64,000 bases of DNA from Eledone cirrhosa (Eukaryota). The stretch lies in contig OZ024750.1 in assembly GCA_964016885.1 (NCBI GenBank), positions 7,812,001 through 7,876,000 on the forward strand, read 5' to 3'. The notes under the pieces are model-generated. The model had not been told where the DNA came from. It did no database searches and saw only the letters and a list, made by a program, of their open reading frames with translations. Position numbers and translations under genes: made by a program. The first letter of the stretch is position 1. Every line of letters begins with the position of its first letter. Below are positions 1 to 13,802 of the stretch, in pieces.

Positions 1-90
1 ATACATACATGTATATATATATGTGTGTGTGTGTATATATATATATATGTGTGTGTGTGTATATATATATATATAATGTGTGTGTGTATA

Positions 91-157
<67 letters not shown>

Positions 158-1224
158 GTATATATATATGTATATATATGTATATATATATATATGTATA
201 CATATATATAGGTATATATATATGTATACATATATATAGGTATACACATATGTATATATATATATGTGTACACATATATATGTATACATATATGTATATA
301 TATATGTGTATACATATATGTATATATATATATATGTATACATATATATAGGTATACATATATGTACATATATATATGTATATATATATATATATAGGTA
401 TACATATATATATATATATATAGGTATACATATATGTATATATATATATAGGTATATATATATATATGTATATAGGTATATATATATATATATATGTATA
501 TAGGTATATATATATGTATATAGGTATATATATATATATATATGTATATAGGTATATATATATATATATATGTATATAGGTATATATATATATATGTATA
601 TAGGTATATATATATATATGTATATAGGTATATATATATATATGTATATAGGTATATATATATATATGTATATAGGTATATATATATATATGTATATAGG
701 TATATATATATATATGTATATAGGTATAGATATATATGTATATAAGTATATATGTATATAGGTATATATATATATGTATATAGGTATATATATACATATG
801 TATATAGGTATATGTATATAGGTATATATATATATATGTATATAGGTATATATATATATATATAGGTATATATATATATATGTATATAGGTATATATATA
901 TATATGTATATAGGTATATATATATATGTATATAGGTATATATGTATATAGGTATATATATATATATGTATATAGGTATATATATATATGTATATAAGTA
1001 TATATGTATATAGGTATATATAGGTATATAGGTATATATATATATATATGTATATAGGTATATATATATATGTATATAGGTATATATATATATGTATATA
1101 GGTATATATATATATGTATATAGGTATATATATATATGTATATAGGTATATATATATATATATATGTATATAGGTATATATATATATATGTATATATATA
1201 TATGTATATAGGTATGTATATAGG

Positions 1225-1258
<34 letters not shown>

Positions 1259-1614
1259 GGTATATATATATATGTATATATATATAGGTATATATATATA
1301 TGTATATATATATAGGTATATATATATATGTATATAGATATATATATATGTATATAGATATATATATATGTATATAGATATATATATATGTATATAGGTA
1401 TATATATATATATATATATAGGTATACATATATGTATAAATGTATATAGGTATATATATATGTATATAGGTATATATATATATATATAGGTATACATATA
1501 TGTATAAATGTATATATGTATAAATATATATATATATATGTAAACATATGTGTGTGTATATATATATATATATATATGTAAACATGTGTGTGTATATATA
1601 TATATGTAAATATA

Positions 1615-1647
<33 letters not shown>

Positions 1648-1684
1648 GTAAACATATGTGTGTGTATATATATATATGTATACA

Positions 1685-1718
<34 letters not shown>

Positions 1719-1822
1719 GGTATACATATATGTATACCTATATATATATAGGTATACATATATGTATATATATATATAGGTATACATATATGTGTATATA
1801 TATATATATATATAGGTATACA

Positions 1823-1874
<52 letters not shown>

Positions 1875-1893
1875 TATACATATATGTATATAT
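1..1893. repeat. Compound (TA)n/(TG)n microsatellite with recurring 'tatgtatataggta' units
   Basis: Seen directly; explains the Y/I/V/C-rich ORFs. Confidence 0.97.
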
Positions 1894-4800
1894 AACGTGT
1901 GTGTTTCGGTTTTAAAACACGACAAATGTGTTCATTACCAAAGTAGAGAATATATATTAAATATTTATATTGTTCACAGACTACTTTTATTCCATGAAGT
2001 GTCGCTGATATAATGTATATAACATACACTGTGGTATACATATTTGAGTTGTAGGTATGAGCAAGTTTTTTATATAGCTTTATTTATAATAAGATATATA
2101 CAATATATTTTATATATTTCATCATAACCCTGTCTATGATCTGATTAGTCATATCATACACGTCTCTACTGTAAAACACGTCAGTATCCGTGACAACAGA
2201 CCTTATTAATTTATGTCTACATCTTCTTCTGATGTAATATTTCAGTATCATTTTATTTAACCTATTACGATATTTCTCTGTGAAATACAAATAATATAGA
2301 ATATATTATATCTAAGCAAATCCGTTAAATAAACATCACACAAAATATCTTGTTTAACATACTTTTGATCATCTGTTATCAATAGAAATACAATTTGTAA
2401 CTTTTTTTTTCTGACGTAGACTTATGACAAAAGATTTACATTATCTCTTTCATTTCATAGGTTATTTGATTTTTTTTTTTTTTTTTTCATGAATTAGTGA
2501 AGTAAAACTCTAGGATAATTAGTATGTCCTCAGTTCACTTAGATCTTCACTATTCGAATTTCATTTTTGTTTCATCTTTCTCGTTATGCCAGTTCGCATG
2601 AAAGTGAAAGTGTTGTTGGGTGTCATGGAGATTACTCTCGGATACACAACATAAGTTTATTTTCTCTGTATTAGCTTCTATTGACGTTAGTATAATTAAC
2701 GAACACGTCATTTGTATGTATTGATTCGTAAATCCATCTTAGAAATTACAAAGTAACTTATTTATGTTTTAGTACTATAAGCATGAAAAAAACCGACAAC
2801 GTTTTCTTTGATAATTTTATTTTTTTCATCTTTCAATGTTTTGTCACTTATTAAAAATACTAAAACGATCAAATTCTGATCACTGTCTGAATTTTTATTT
2901 TATTATCTACAAATGAACAATTTACCTTCGTTGAGACTAGAACCATTGGTATCACTGCGCTTCAAAAGTGAAGCTGTATTACAACTTCTATTAGCTTCAC
3001 ATCGATATATTCTGTTAGATCTCACAATACTTTGGATTTAAATCATTATGCAATTCTCGTTTCGGAACTCATAATTAGTTGCTTTTCTTCTAGGTCAGAC
3101 TGATTGAGACATATGACCAAAGGCATTCTATAATATTTCATATATAGTGTTTCTAATAATAAATTAACCAATATATCCTTAAATACGATGTGGCTCCTTC
3201 CCCACTTTCTCAACGTGCCTAAGGGGCCTTCAGATTCTAATAAGCACTGCCATTCTTTCTCAGCTTTAAGTTATAAACACAGCATTGATCAAATATGCCT
3301 CTGATCAAAAGTGTTGCAACCTCGATGCTTCTGTGTTTTTATTATATACTTCATCCGATGCCCAATTTAATCTCTTCCTTTTCAGACAGGCGATTGTATT
3401 ATGAAATAGATTTGGCTGTTTATTTATATTTATTTGCAAAGCCACATAGAGGGAGGAATCTAACAATCCAATTAATAGTGGGATACGTTACTTCAATGAA
3501 CAACAATATAGCATTCAAATGATTTGAACTCTACTATGAACTCCATAGAAACTATCCCACTGTTAAAATTCTATCTTTCAGAATTCTCACGACAACTTAT
3601 CACTTTCTTTGCATCATAATCACCTGTTGAGAAAAAAACGTTTCCTCATGCTAAGATTTAATGAAGCCATTTAAAGGAATGTGCCCCGAGAACTACTGGG
3701 AACAAAAGAGATATTCAATAATTTAACTTTATACAGATAGATTTGATAATGACCCCAACATTTGAACGCTCCATAGTTACAACAACTCTGAACATGTTCC
3801 CTCAGCATAAGTGTTGAATTAGAATTGTATTATCTTATTCTTAAATATACAATTGCTGTTAACCATGAAAGTGGCGTTATCTAATTTAATATTAATTACT
3901 TCAGGCTTTGTGCCATTGTGAGAAATCAATATTTCTATCCGTGGCAATTGCCCAAGTGAAAGAGGTAACCTTTCAGCAAGTCGAAAATTTGACACGAATT
4001 CAATTTCTGTTGACATTATTAATGGCTGTGGGAAAAACATTCACGTTAAATCTCTTCTTTATTTATCAGTTGTTTCAACATAGAAATTACGTGTCTAGTC
4101 AAAAAGACAACATTTTTTCGTTTGTATTAAACGCATTCAAGTGAAAAGTAAGTATCTGTAGAGTCGTGTCCTGGTAGTAAACATTCTACACATATTATGT
4201 CACAACTAACATTGAGAAGCGTGTGGACATCACAAACTCCATTTCAGTACCTTTCATATTAGTTTTCAGTATTTCATCAACATGAATCCTGTGTATACTT
4301 TAACGGTTGTCAAGATCTGCGTTTGAATTTTCGATATTCTACTTTCTACTTTTATTTCATTGGAATTGGAAAAGGCCATATTCAATATCCAAATATTCTC
4401 CTCCCTCATTAATGACAAACGTTGTACTTATAAATAAATCAATGCTTTGTCTGTAAATTTATCATTACTTACTAGTTATAGACGAACAATTTTACATACT
4501 TTATTTGCTACGACTTCGTATTTTGTATGGAAGCACGTCCAATAGATTATTTATTTCCGGAATATTTATTTCCTGTGATAGTGAAAACTTTATCTTTCCT
4601 TCAGTATTTGTAATGCTTCAATCGATTGTACATGCCAACTAAAAATATATTGGGCGTGTACTTTGTCATTATTATCGAGGCAAATTTTTATTACAATATA
4701 CTGGAAGCAAGACAAGACAAAATCAATCTAAAAGAGTATCCAAAATAGTATTGCATATTTCTGTGATGATTGAATAAATACTAGGAATATATAGATATTC

Positions 4801-5064
4801 GTTGAAATATACTATAATTCTTCACTTCAATGTTTGATCTTGGGCAGAAGTAAAACATCAATAAGCTATCTATTTGAACAAGTCTAAAATATTAGTAGAT
4901 TCCAGTTAATGAAGTTAAATGTGGAAACAACTGGAATCAAAATGTTTGTTCTTTATAATGAGCGTGAAATGTTCTAATGTAGAGATAATATAAAGAGACA
5001 CAAAACAAAATATTTTGTAACGTTCTGTAATCAGTATATATAAATTAGAATGGTGAGAAACAAA

Positions 5065-5168
5065 TACAAGGTGTCCCAAAACAATGTATGCAAACTTTCA
5101 TTACCTGTACAGTCAATATTTATTAGAATGCTGTCGAAGTGTGTATACATTTGTTTAGAACACCCTAT
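5065..5168. mobile_element. About 100 bp MITE-like element with Tc1/mariner-style TIRs and TA ends
   Basis: tacaaggtgtcccaaaacaatgtatgcaaactt matches the reverse complement of the right end (tatagggtgttctaaacaaatgtatacacactt), about 32 bp imperfect TIR. Confidence 0.6.
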
Positions 5169-5238
5169 ATATATATATAATTATTGAGTAAAATGCCAGG
5201 AGGCTGGACTGGTAAAACTCCTTCAAAGATTTATTACA

Positions 5239-5298
5239 AACACTATGCACATTTCAATGACCAGGTTCCGCAGGCCTCTGGTGACATCATCAGGTGTT
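5239..5298 (-). ncRNA. Type-I hammerhead ribozyme motif inside a (TA)n-flanked element (5167-5352)
   Basis: Minus strand: aacac CTGATGA tgtcaccag...ctggtcatt GAAA tgtgcat A gtgtt. Stem I aacac/gtgtt, near-palindromic stem III, AUA site, AATAAA just downstream. Confidence 0.75.
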
Positions 5299-8200
5299 AA
5301 TTGTATAAAAGTTATATAATAAATGAATAATGGTAAACAATATATATATATACCAGGTCTGAACACAAAGGAACGAAACTCCCACTTTCACTGCCTCCGT
5401 CTCTCCCCATCTCTGAATCTCGTGAGCAAATGGGAGCCGCTTACAAACTAATTTCAGTTGCAAGGAAATTTTAAAATTATATCATCCTAGATCATAGACA
5501 AATATACACACAGTAATCTAATTGTGAGGTAATTAATGATGAGAGACTTAAATATCTATTTATTGCTTTATTTGTACAACTACTGATAAAGGTAATTTCT
5601 TAATGTAACTTTAAGGGCTTGATATGAAATGAAATTGAATAAATCTCTTTTCTCTGTGTCCTCCGTTAACAATGTTGATTATAACATTAGTTGTGTTCAA
5701 TTAAATCTCCATACTTGCCTGGAAGACATTGATGGTTAGAAAGTAAATATTTCCGTAATTTCTGAGACTGTATAACAATGGATAATATGCTAACAGTAAT
5801 TCGTTTCTTTCTTCTATCGCTTCTATGTTCAAATCTACGAAGGTTCAACGATTTCCTTTGTCTTTCTTTCTTTTGGTCCTTTATTCCTGCTGAAATCGTA
5901 GGGATGTCGTTTGAGATATATGAAATATCTTAAGCATTTTAATACTGGTGTATTCGATACCTCTTCAGGTCTGAACGTAGCTGATTACTTCTAAAGAAAA
6001 AAAAAGAGGAGATACAAAGAGAGAAATGAGAATTTACCTTCAATATTGGCACTTTATTTAATGACCCCCAAAAGAATGAATTCAAAGTTCAGCTCGACGG
6101 GGTTTGAACTTAACGTATAATGGAAAGCATTCTTTTCGACGGTTTAATGGTTTTGTTGACTCGTTGCCTTAATATTGATTGTTTTAAGTAAAAACCTATA
6201 AATATACTTATAAAAGATCAAATTCTTTCCAAGATGTAGCATTGGAAACGCATACGGTCTATTGCCTTAAAATATTAGATCGGTTTGTATATTCAAAGAT
6301 GTATGTACTTTCGTGGGAAACACCGGCAGATGTCGGCAAAACAATAGTGTCAGTCGGAACTAAATGTCCTTTCTGCTGTTCCGATTTTAAATGTTGGGGG
6401 TCGCAAAATTTCGTAGCCTTCTCGTTTTACTTGATAAATATGTAGTCGTCAATACTAGTGCTGTTATTTAATTCCAGATCAGTCTTGGTTATGCAAACTT
6501 GTGATCAAAACATTTTAGATCATCTCATTTTTTAAATGTATGTCTAGAGCTATATTGATTTATCCATCCAATTTTAAGTTGAGTGTACTCTGATTTGAGG
6601 ATATTTTGTCAGATCGCGTGACTGCAGAATTGCTCTCATTATTCGATGAAAATAAATATCAGTTGTACGTTGCTGTAAATTTCCTTTACTATGCCACTAT
6701 TCTAGAATTATTTTCTTGTCAAATAAATCAATACATTTACAAATAGTGAGTGAATTCTTTAGATTCGAAGTCCAAACGATTCAACACTGTGATCTCATTT
6801 AATTCTGTGGTTACTACATATATTTCATTTCATACGATAAGAGAAACGCTTCAGCTATCATTCATACAAAATAGTTTAGTTGGTTCAACATTCTGTCAGA
6901 TGCTTTAAACCTTTCGTTTAAATAAACTCTGGCAGCACTAATAGAGTATAAGAGATCAATTACATGATATAAGGTTAGTTTTCTGCAAGATACTGGACAG
7001 GTTAGATATTCAACATATAATTTGAGGGGCTTCAAAATTCAAATGTAAGCTCAGCTCAGAAGTGTCTTGCTCCAACGTTTGCTCTGTACATATACTTCCA
7101 ATTGTAGGAGATACGAGCAAGGAAACCTCCATGAAAAGAGTTCATGTTTCATGATATAAAAGTTAATATGTAGAACATTATTTGGATTTTTCTGAAACAC
7201 ATGTGTTTCTAGATTGTTAAAGTGGTCAGAAACTCTTTGGAGAGCTGGACAGCAGAAGGTCTTCACAGAAGAGCCCCCCCCCCCTCCTCAAGCGATTGTT
7301 TCGGCCTTTAACTTTTTACACTCAAAAGGGGCCGGGCTGCATCCAGGTCATGACTCCTGGGCAGCCCTTCTGCTGACATTTAGCCATTTAGAAATCGGTG
7401 ACTTGCTGTATATTTAAACCATATAGATTTGGTTGATAGGATCTAGCTGGAACTACTTTCCGTTGCCTTTGCTTTCAAACTGAAACACTTGTTTAAATTG
7501 GAATGTAAGTTAGTGGGACAAATATCACTCCTGACGAACAAATTGTTTTAACTCTCAGTAGTTTAGTGTATGGAACAGAATTAGACGATTGAAGGTTTGA
7601 AACTCAACATTAGTTGTTATAAAACCTCACCCATAATATAGTGACGAAATAAAGAATTTAACTTTACCTGTAGTATGTAGATTCAGAGAATTCACAAAAC
7701 ACTTCTGTGGCTCGTTATGGGTAGATTACGCAGTCATATGGAACTGGTCTATCAACACAACATTTATTAAATAAACAAACACATCATGAGTTGTAATCTC
7801 ACACGAAGGTCAGTCCACACAGTGTTATTTTGTTTTCATTTTATTTTATAAATCATACACATAGTATAAAAAAAAAAGAAAAATGTGTGGTAAAACGCAA
7901 AGGAAAAAAATAGTTGAATTCCTGTCAGTTGTAAAAGGTCCCTTTCAGATGTGTAACGTAACTTGAAGTAGAAAATTTTGCTAATAGTAAACATTGACAT
8001 TCATACGTCAATTCTAGCTGAAATAAACGCAATTATGAACCATCATCAGTTAATGGTTCACAACAAAAATAGAAAAAAAATGGAAATGTTCAGTGTGTGT
8101 GTGTGTCTGTGACAGAGAGAGAGAGAGTAGTGTGGACAAATATTGTAATGACTATTCGTTGTAACTTCATGCTTAGTGTTTCCTCATCTATATTGAAGAT

Positions 8201-8656
8201 TTTTTAACAAATCCGGTGGAGATCTAAAATCGATTGAATTTCAGCCTAAACAAATGAAATATTTGTAGTACATAATCTGAGAATTTGAAAATGATTCGAA
8301 TTTGTTCTGTGCGGTAGTTATTCGAGAAGAGAAACAATGGCGAAGTTTGAGTCCTTTATTGAAACAAAATAACCTGCTGTGATGGCATACTTTCCTTGAT
8401 TTGTTTGTTAAATGAATCAGCAAATTAATAAATACAGTCTTTAAATTGTCAGAAAGTAAATCATTTCCAGTATTTTATTTCCCTTTAATGTCAATATAGA
8501 TCTTTTAAAAAAGAGAGAAGTTCCGGAATACAACACAAAATCAGTTATAACAACTCTATCAATTTGTTACAAATATATAAATATATAAATATATATACAT
8601 ATATACACATATATATGCATATATATGTATGCATATATATATATATATATATACAC

Positions 8657-9099
8657 TGATATTAAATAAATAGAAACTATATTTATAAAACCATATGTAT
8701 TCTATTATATATATTTCAAGGGTACCAAAACTTTGGTACGCTTTCGTCAGATAAAATACAAAGTTTGTTTTATAAATTTTGACATAACCAAGAAAAATAC
8801 CTTAACGGTTCAAGTTTTCCTTGGAAAACTTGAACCGATAAGGTATCTTTTCTTGGTTATGTCAAAATTTATAAAACAAACTTTGTATTTTATCTGACGA
8901 AAGCGTATCAAAGTTTTGGTACCCTTGAAATATATATAATAGAATACATATGGTTTTATAAATATAGTTTCCATTTATTTAATATCATTGAATATTATAC
9001 TCTAGAAAATGTGTCGAGTGCTAAACATTTATAAATAGTTATAAACAGTTAAAAACATTTATATTTGTTGAATTACCAACAAATTGAATATCCCTTTTG

Positions 9100-9103
<4 letters not shown>
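8657..9103 (+). mobile_element. (TA)n-flanked fold-back element: arms 8657-8820 and 8823-8988 with a 2-nt loop, plus an unpaired 3' tail; a hammerhead in each arm
   Basis: About 165 bp near-perfect inverted repeat centred on aagttttcc-tt-ggaaaactt. Confidence 0.85.
8885..8947 (+). ncRNA. Type-I hammerhead ribozyme motif (mirror copy at 8697-8759, minus)
   Basis: gtattttat CTGACGA aag cgtatcaaa gt tttggtac c ctt GAAA tatatat A atagaatac. Confidence 0.8.
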
Positions 9104-9139
<36 letters not shown>

Positions 9140-9644
9140 GAAAATGAATGAAAATAGATAGATATATTTTAGTGTTTTCATTTCAACGACGGGTTATCCT
9201 AGTCAATATGCATAACTATTCAACAAGAGCTATAGCAACGGAACACTTCTGAAATACGATGACATTTTCATTCAATATTTTATTCACCTTTAAGCGGAGG
9301 AAATAAACCGTAAGTTAAGGTCAAAGTGATATTTTCAGAATTGTTTCCTATTTTCTTTAGAAGACCATAAAATTAACGATTTTAGTATGTTGACGTGTTG
9401 ATGTGTCAAGTAGTACTTTTTCTTAGGAATATCTTCTACTTCTTATTTGTATCTCCGGAGTTGATGATGGTTTTGTGTTTGTGTTTATATATGCGTGTGA
9501 TGATACACATCAGGCATCATATACAAACAGTAATAAATATTTTGACTTGGATCTAATAGCAAAACTGACGATGACAGTTATATATTATACTTTAAAGTTT
9601 ATTACTGAAATAAAAGTCTAAAGTCTGTCTCGTGCTTGGAGGTT

Positions 9645-9845
9645 CATCAGCTGGAGCTTATTCTGGTTTCTGTGGCTGGCTTTAAGCTACTCAGAGTACA
9701 CGACACCCTCCCCAGTATACTGGAACAACGTGAAATGAAGTGTTTTTTTTTTTCTCAAGAATACAACTCACAATCTGGCCCAAGATTCGAACCCACGACA
9801 TTATGATCTTAATTCCTCCAACACCCTTACCACTAAGCCACGCAC
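9645..9845 (-). mobile_element. S2-related tRNA SINE with a different 3' body
   Basis: Minus strand: gcgtggcttagtggtaaggg...gggttcgaatc...cacttcatttcacgttgttccag. Confidence 0.7.
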
Positions 9846-10003
9846 ATATACATTACTGAGATAGCGTCTATTTAATTCTTTTCAAACCTTTCATTCCCAA
9901 ACTTGCAAGACACTTATTAAATATCCCACAAGCGCTGTGGATTAGGTGAAACGGTAGAGTGACAGAAAACATCACATGCAATATTTAGTTATGCTCTATT
10001 ATG

Positions 10004-10216
10004 GTGAAGGCGTGTGGCTGAGTGGTTAGAGAATTGGATATGCAATCGTGAGGTTGTGAGTTCGATTCCCGGACTGAGCAGTGCGTTATGTCCTTGAGCA
10101 AGAAACATTATTTCACGTTGTTCCTTTTACCTGGAGTTGCCACTGATAGATAGTATTAGCAATTTGAGAGTCCAATGGAAACATTGTTTCCTCGATCCGA
10201 TTTGACGAAAGTCGAT
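10004..10216 (+). mobile_element. tRNA-derived SINE family S2 with a CORE-like segment, nested in an old S1 copy
   Basis: A box tggctgagtggttag, B box gagttcgattcc, CORE-like gtccttgagcaagaaacattatttcac. attatggt is duplicated at 9998 and 10228. Confidence 0.85.
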
Positions 10217-10390
10217 GGTTCCTTTTCATTATGGTTTGAGTTAAAATCCCACCAAAATCATATTTGCATGTCGATCTTCTGAAAATCGATACTATTGATA
10301 CGTTCCTAATGTATTTGTCGGCGATTGTCTTATTCCAGAATACTTATTGACACATAATCATACTGGATTTTACATGGGTTAAATCTCTCA

Positions 10391-10610
10391 CCTTAACGGT
10401 TGGAGCTTCTAGGAAGCTCCAGGAAGCTATCCAGGAAGCCCCAACCGTTAAGGTTGTCTCTTTTTCAGGGTATGTCAATATTTATTTATAATATCTGTAT
10501 TATATTTTATCTGATGAAAGCGCACCATAATTTGCCTTGGTGTCCCTTGAAATATGTATAATAAAATAAATATGGTTTTATAAATATAGTTTCCATTTGT
10601 TAATATATTG
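10391..10610 (+). mobile_element. Non-palindromic relative of the 8657 element; hammerhead at 10503-10568 and an upstream hairpin
   Basis: tattttat CTGATGA aag cgcacca...tggtgtc c ctt GAAA tatgtat A ataaaata. Shares the flank atatggttttataaatatagtttccattt and the ccttaacggtt...aaccgttaagg hairpin; ends in (TA)n. Confidence 0.8.
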
Positions 10611-10615
10611 TATAT

Positions 10616-10682
<67 letters not shown>

Positions 10683-10774
10683 GAAAAAATGAAACGAAAT
10701 TTCATTTCCTACTCTTAGTACGGCTGTTACTTAAATATAAGTATGTACGTGTACATACTTATATATATATATAT

Positions 10775-10872
10775 AGTTTTTTACCTGTTCTTGATATATA
10801 TATATATATATATAGTTTTTTTACATGTTCTTGGTATATATATATATATATATAGTTTTTTTACATGTTCTT

Positions 10873-10919
<47 letters not shown>

Positions 10920-10990
10920 TTTTTTTACCTGTTCTAGGTATATACATATATATGTAGTTTTTTACCTGTTCCAGGTATACATATATATAT
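10775..10990. repeat. Tandem 'agttttttac.tgttcttgg' units separated by variable (TA)n, about 5 copies
   Basis: Seen directly. Confidence 0.85.
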
Positions 10991-13011
10991 ATTATTATTA
11001 AATTCAGTGGTATTCCCAAACGAATTCCTAGATAAATCTTGTTGTTTACGAAATGAAATGAAAATATAACCTTGAATGACATTTACCAGTGCTTCTGATT
11101 TTCTACAATATTATGAAATCAAATTTACATAAGCCAAACATATTGCTACGGAAAAACAAAAGTAAACATATCCAGATTTAATCAATGGAAACGATTCTGA
11201 TAAAATAGATTTAGAATTTGTATGTTGAGTTTTAGTATATTGTTTACTGTAAATCAAATATATGTAATTGAAGGATAACTTGAAATCAGAATAAATCGTA
11301 AGGAAAATTGAAACAAAAATTGAGCTAAAAAGCAGAAAAAAATAAAAGGTTATATACTATAATATTCTTTTTGTAGGGTACTTTTGTCGTAGAGAATTGA
11401 GTGTGTGGGATTGTGGTACATTCCTTATGAGTTCATCCACTTAAGATTTTTCTGTTAACTTAGTTGCTAATATTTTTGAGAAACGCAAACATATGTCGTT
11501 CGTTGAATATTTGAATGTTAAGTTTTTAAAATCTATATTAATATTTATAACCTATTGATTTCCTTTTTTCAACACATCAATGGGTTTGTCTCGGCGTAGA
11601 CATAGTTGATGATCTACCTGCTTTTCTTCTCAAGGTGTGCTGACCCTGGTAATAGAAAGCATCAACGAGGCTGTGTGGTGGGGGGAGGTCATCGCGTATC
11701 AATCCATATTTAAGTATGGTCAATGAAAAATATGTGCCAATAGCCGGCCTTGGTTGGATTTCAGGTACTTTTGCCTGTCGTTAGAGCCCTCCCATTATTA
11801 TATCATGTCTTTCAGTTTGTATAGGTATATATTATTTTTGTCACACCAGATTGAGACTGACTAACAACCTGCCATGTTGGCTAAGCTCCAACCTGACCAA
11901 TATTAAATGGTCAAAGTATCACTCCATCCTCACCTCCACCATTAGATGTACCCCACCATCATTCTTTCATCTTCTCTATCCCTTTCTTCTTTCTACTTCT
12001 TCCTCTCCCCTCTCTCACATTCTCACAACCCTGGTATATATTTGTTTTCAGGAAGGATGTTGGGGTTGTTTAGCTTTCGATTTACCTTGATTGAACAGAC
12101 CAATGATAACAAATCTACCAGTTGTGACTCTTTATCGTTCATTTCATTTCCAGTTCATACATGTATGTATCTCTTATGAAATATGTAAAAGTAAAGACGT
12201 CTGTTTCTCTGCTGATAGATATGACCCATTGTTATCAATGATCCATAGGATGTGTCCACTCATACCATAACACAGTAAATACTTGACTAGTGACAACTGA
12301 CATATATATATTGGTGTTTAGTATAACGTCAGATTTGTCCATCTGATCACCGATCAGTGGCGATTTCAACCCAAAATGATCCCCTTTTTCATTAGCACAC
12401 TTACATTATATAATATATTCTTTTCAAATATAACAGTGCGTGATTTGACAAAGATTTAGCTAGTGGTTCAGGCAGATTGAGTTACACATTAAAGATTCTC
12501 GGTTCAATAGAAAATATCGTAAAATTGTGGGTTAACATTTTAATACAGGAGCGATTGGCTTAAATGTCAAGAGAGCATTACATTTATAAAGCTCATAACA
12601 TTTTCACCTATATCTAATATAATACATTATATTTCTGGAAATACAAGATAATATTTGAGATACAATTATTTGGGTATTTTTATGAAATAAATATTGTGGT
12701 AATGAAAAAATAAACGGAAAAAATATTTCCAATATTATTTATAGAATATTGTAAAGCACCAACCACTCAAGGGAGCTAATAAAGGCTGAACTAATAAAGA
12801 ATAAACGAGTGTTTTAGCGTTAATAGCAAGTGAATTGATCTGAAACGTTATAGTGAAACAAGCATTTACGTCGTGGAAAAGCTATATGAATCATTAAACA
12901 TACACACGTACACAAAATCTGTTATCGCTTTTAATTTAGATTTAGCTGTCAAACCTTTCTGGACACACTCTGCGACATGTTCACTGATGTAACCCCTTCT
13001 ATCCACAGTCG

Positions 13012-13200
13012 ATCGACTTTCGTCAAATCGGACCGAGGAAACAATGTTTCCGTTGGTCTTTCCAATTGCTAATACTATCTATCGGTCGCAACTCCAGGTA
13101 GAAGGAGCAACGTGAAATAAAGTGCCTCGGTCCAGGAATCGAACTCACAACCTCACGATTGCGAAACCAATTCTCTTACCACTCAGCCACGCACCCCCAC
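13012..13200 (-). mobile_element. SINE S2 copy
   Basis: Reverse complement of the 10004 and 42501 copies. Confidence 0.85.
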
Positions 13201-13392
13201 AATCGCCTCTATACATCTAGTTATTAATGTACTAAGGTTTAGATTAAACTCTAATATTTCTCTTTAGTGAATATCGCTGTGGAACTTTCATAGTCTATAG
13301 GTTATGGCGTCTATAGGTTATCTTTGATAGTCGATGTGCGTTTCAATATATTTTACTTCACTAATAATTTGACATTATTTCTTCAGCACAGA

Positions 13393-13802
13393 GGGCGGTG
13401 GATTGGCAGTATCTGTAGAGGGTCGGACGCCATGCTTTCCAGCATAGTTACGTCCCTTTACGATCTGAGTTCAAATCCCGCCGAGGTTGACTTTGCCTTT
13501 CATCCTTACGGGGTCGATAAAATAAAGTACCAGTAATGCACTGGGTAATTGCTGGCCTTGTGCCTAAAGTAGAAACAATTATTTCTTCAGCACAGAGTAC
13601 CAGTAATGTAATGAGTAATTGCTGGTCTTGTGCCAAAAGTAGAAACAATTATTTCTTCAGCATAGAATTACGGCCCTTTCCATTCTCAGTTCAAATGCTG
13701 CCGAGGTTAACTTTGTCATTCATCCTTACGAGGTCGATAAAATAAAGTACCAGTAATACACTGGGAAATTGGTGGCCTTGTGCCAAAAGTAGAAACAATT
13801 AT
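13393..13802 (+). mobile_element. tRNA-headed SINE family S1: full copy 13393-13582 with a 20-bp TSD, followed by two tandem partial copies
   Basis: A-box-like tggcagtatcggtag, B-box-like gagttcaaatcc, core gcctttcatccttacggggtcgataaaataaagtaccag. TSD attatttcttcagcacagag at 13374-13393 and 13578-13597. Confidence 0.9.

Noticed and set aside
9-1873. Many Y/I/V/C/H/T-rich ORFs here and at 26838-27292, 34110-34913, 51571-53155 and 55521-56256
   Set aside because: Translations of (TA)n/(TG)n/(CA)n microsatellites, which lack stop codons.
2101-2165. Minus-strand hammerhead-like arrangement (atgacta...atcat/atgat GAAA tatata)
   Set aside because: Two core mismatches and poor stem I; cannot be distinguished from chance in AT-rich DNA.
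7051-7266. ORF with faint mariner-transposase-like words (SDHFNNLETHV, KRWSK)
   Set aside because: Similarity is too weak to judge by eye, and the region overlaps an unclassified repeat shared with 17900-18360.
8657-8988. Palindromes as assembly or amplification chimeras
   Set aside because: Arms differ by scattered substitutions, and axes recur at homologous positions in independent loci, which favours genuine aged insertions; raw-read confirmation is still advisable.
10004-10080. tRNA-like sequence (also at 42501, 13130-13200 and the S1 heads)
   Set aside because: A and B boxes continue into SINE bodies found in multiple copies; no proper acceptor stem, so these are SINE heads, not tRNA genes.
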